64,000 nt of DNA, taken from Thermodesulfobacteriota bacterium (lineage in GTDB: Bacteria; Desulfobacterota_D; UBA1144; Nemesobacterales; UBA2774). The notes below the pieces were generated by a model that was not told the DNA's origin, searched no databases, and saw nothing but the letters and a program-made list of their open reading frames with translations. Of the stretch, positions 63,543 through 64,000 are shown piece by piece; the first letter of the stretch is position 1; each line of letters starts with the position of its first letter. The position numbers and the translations under genes are program-made. The stretch is taken from assembly GCA_963422265.1 (NCBI GenBank), contig OY729416.1, positions 1,600,001 through 1,664,000 on the forward strand, read 5' to 3'.

Positions 63543-64000
63543 ATGATAGGTAAAGCCAAATGGCTTATTGTATTTTTGTTAGCCGTCGGTATGGCAGTTC
63601 CTACTTTTGCGGTGGAATTGACATTAGGTGGCTTCCCAAGCTATATGCGCACGAGGGCGCGTTTTCTGAACAATGCGACGTTCGTGTCGGCGTTGACCGA
63701 TCAGCAGGCGCAGGGGCTTGGGTTTAAGGACAACGAAGGGCAAATCTTTTTCGTTGATACTACACTGCGTTTAACCCCGCAGTTGGTTCTTAGCGATTCC
63801 GCCACGATTAGGGCGCAGGTTGATGTGTTTAGCAATAACGTCTGGGGCGGAGTCGGTTCAGGTTTCTTAGGTGGTGTAGGTGGTGACTTTGGGAGTAAGA
63901 ATACAGTAGTGAACTCTAGCATATCGCCGAGCGATAGGTTCAGGGGAGCAAAGCTGCTTTCGAATGGTGCTACTGATAATCCCGGGTTCTTCGATGTCCG
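63543..64000 (+). CDS. Secreted, probably outer-membrane beta-barrel/porin protein (5' part; runs off the window)
   Basis: AAGGAGGT/AGGAG RBS; signal peptide MIGKAKWLIVFLLAVGMAVPTFA; amphipathic strands LRLTPQLVL and IRAQVDVF; open to the window end. Confidence 0.7.
   Translation, partial: MIGKAKWLIVFLLAVGMAVPTFAVELTLGGFPSYMRTRARFLNNATFVSALTDQQAQGLGFKDNEGQIFFVDTTLRLTPQLVLSDSATIRAQVDVFSNNVWGGVGSGFLGGVGGDFGSKNTVVNSSISPSDRFRGAKLLSNGATDNPGFFDV

Overview
Bacterial chromosomal segment (roughly 40-45% GC by eye, standard genetic code). It resembles a deltaproteobacteria-like lineage; Ca. Dadabacteria and a sponge/host-associated lifestyle are my guesses only. The backbone is intact housekeeping genes: rsfS-nadD-ribD-ftsY, dnaE, nrdJ, rpmB, gltX, coaE, an acyl-CoA carboxylase trio, rsmA, thrC, thiE, leuS, family-4 UDG, tRNA-Arg(CCG), mnmG and nuoI. 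Accessory DNA is interleaved. (1) Three type II restriction-modification systems (MvaI/BcnI-like, BstYI-like, and one unassigned), each with a broken endonuclease; two of the lesions sit in G8 tracts. (2) A Fur/Zur-boxed metal-uptake operon combining an ECF CbiMQO-type module, a CxxC...RSPP DUF2946/CruR-like putative arrest peptide, a His-rich outer-membrane protein and ZnuACB. (3) A secreted GLUG/Ig-like protein whose signal peptide is separated from its ATG by a 40-nt poly-C tract, out of frame by one base: a candidate phase-variation switch. (4) A family of 0.3-0.9 kb composite intergenic repeats built from several distinct REP-like hairpin modules. They are tandemly iterated (367-bp period), nested in one another's loops, and one module sits in-frame inside nrdJ. 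At 54.8-63.4 kb they interleave an island of small coiled-coil/membrane genes, several of them decaying. No transposase, integrase, CRISPR array or rRNA was seen.
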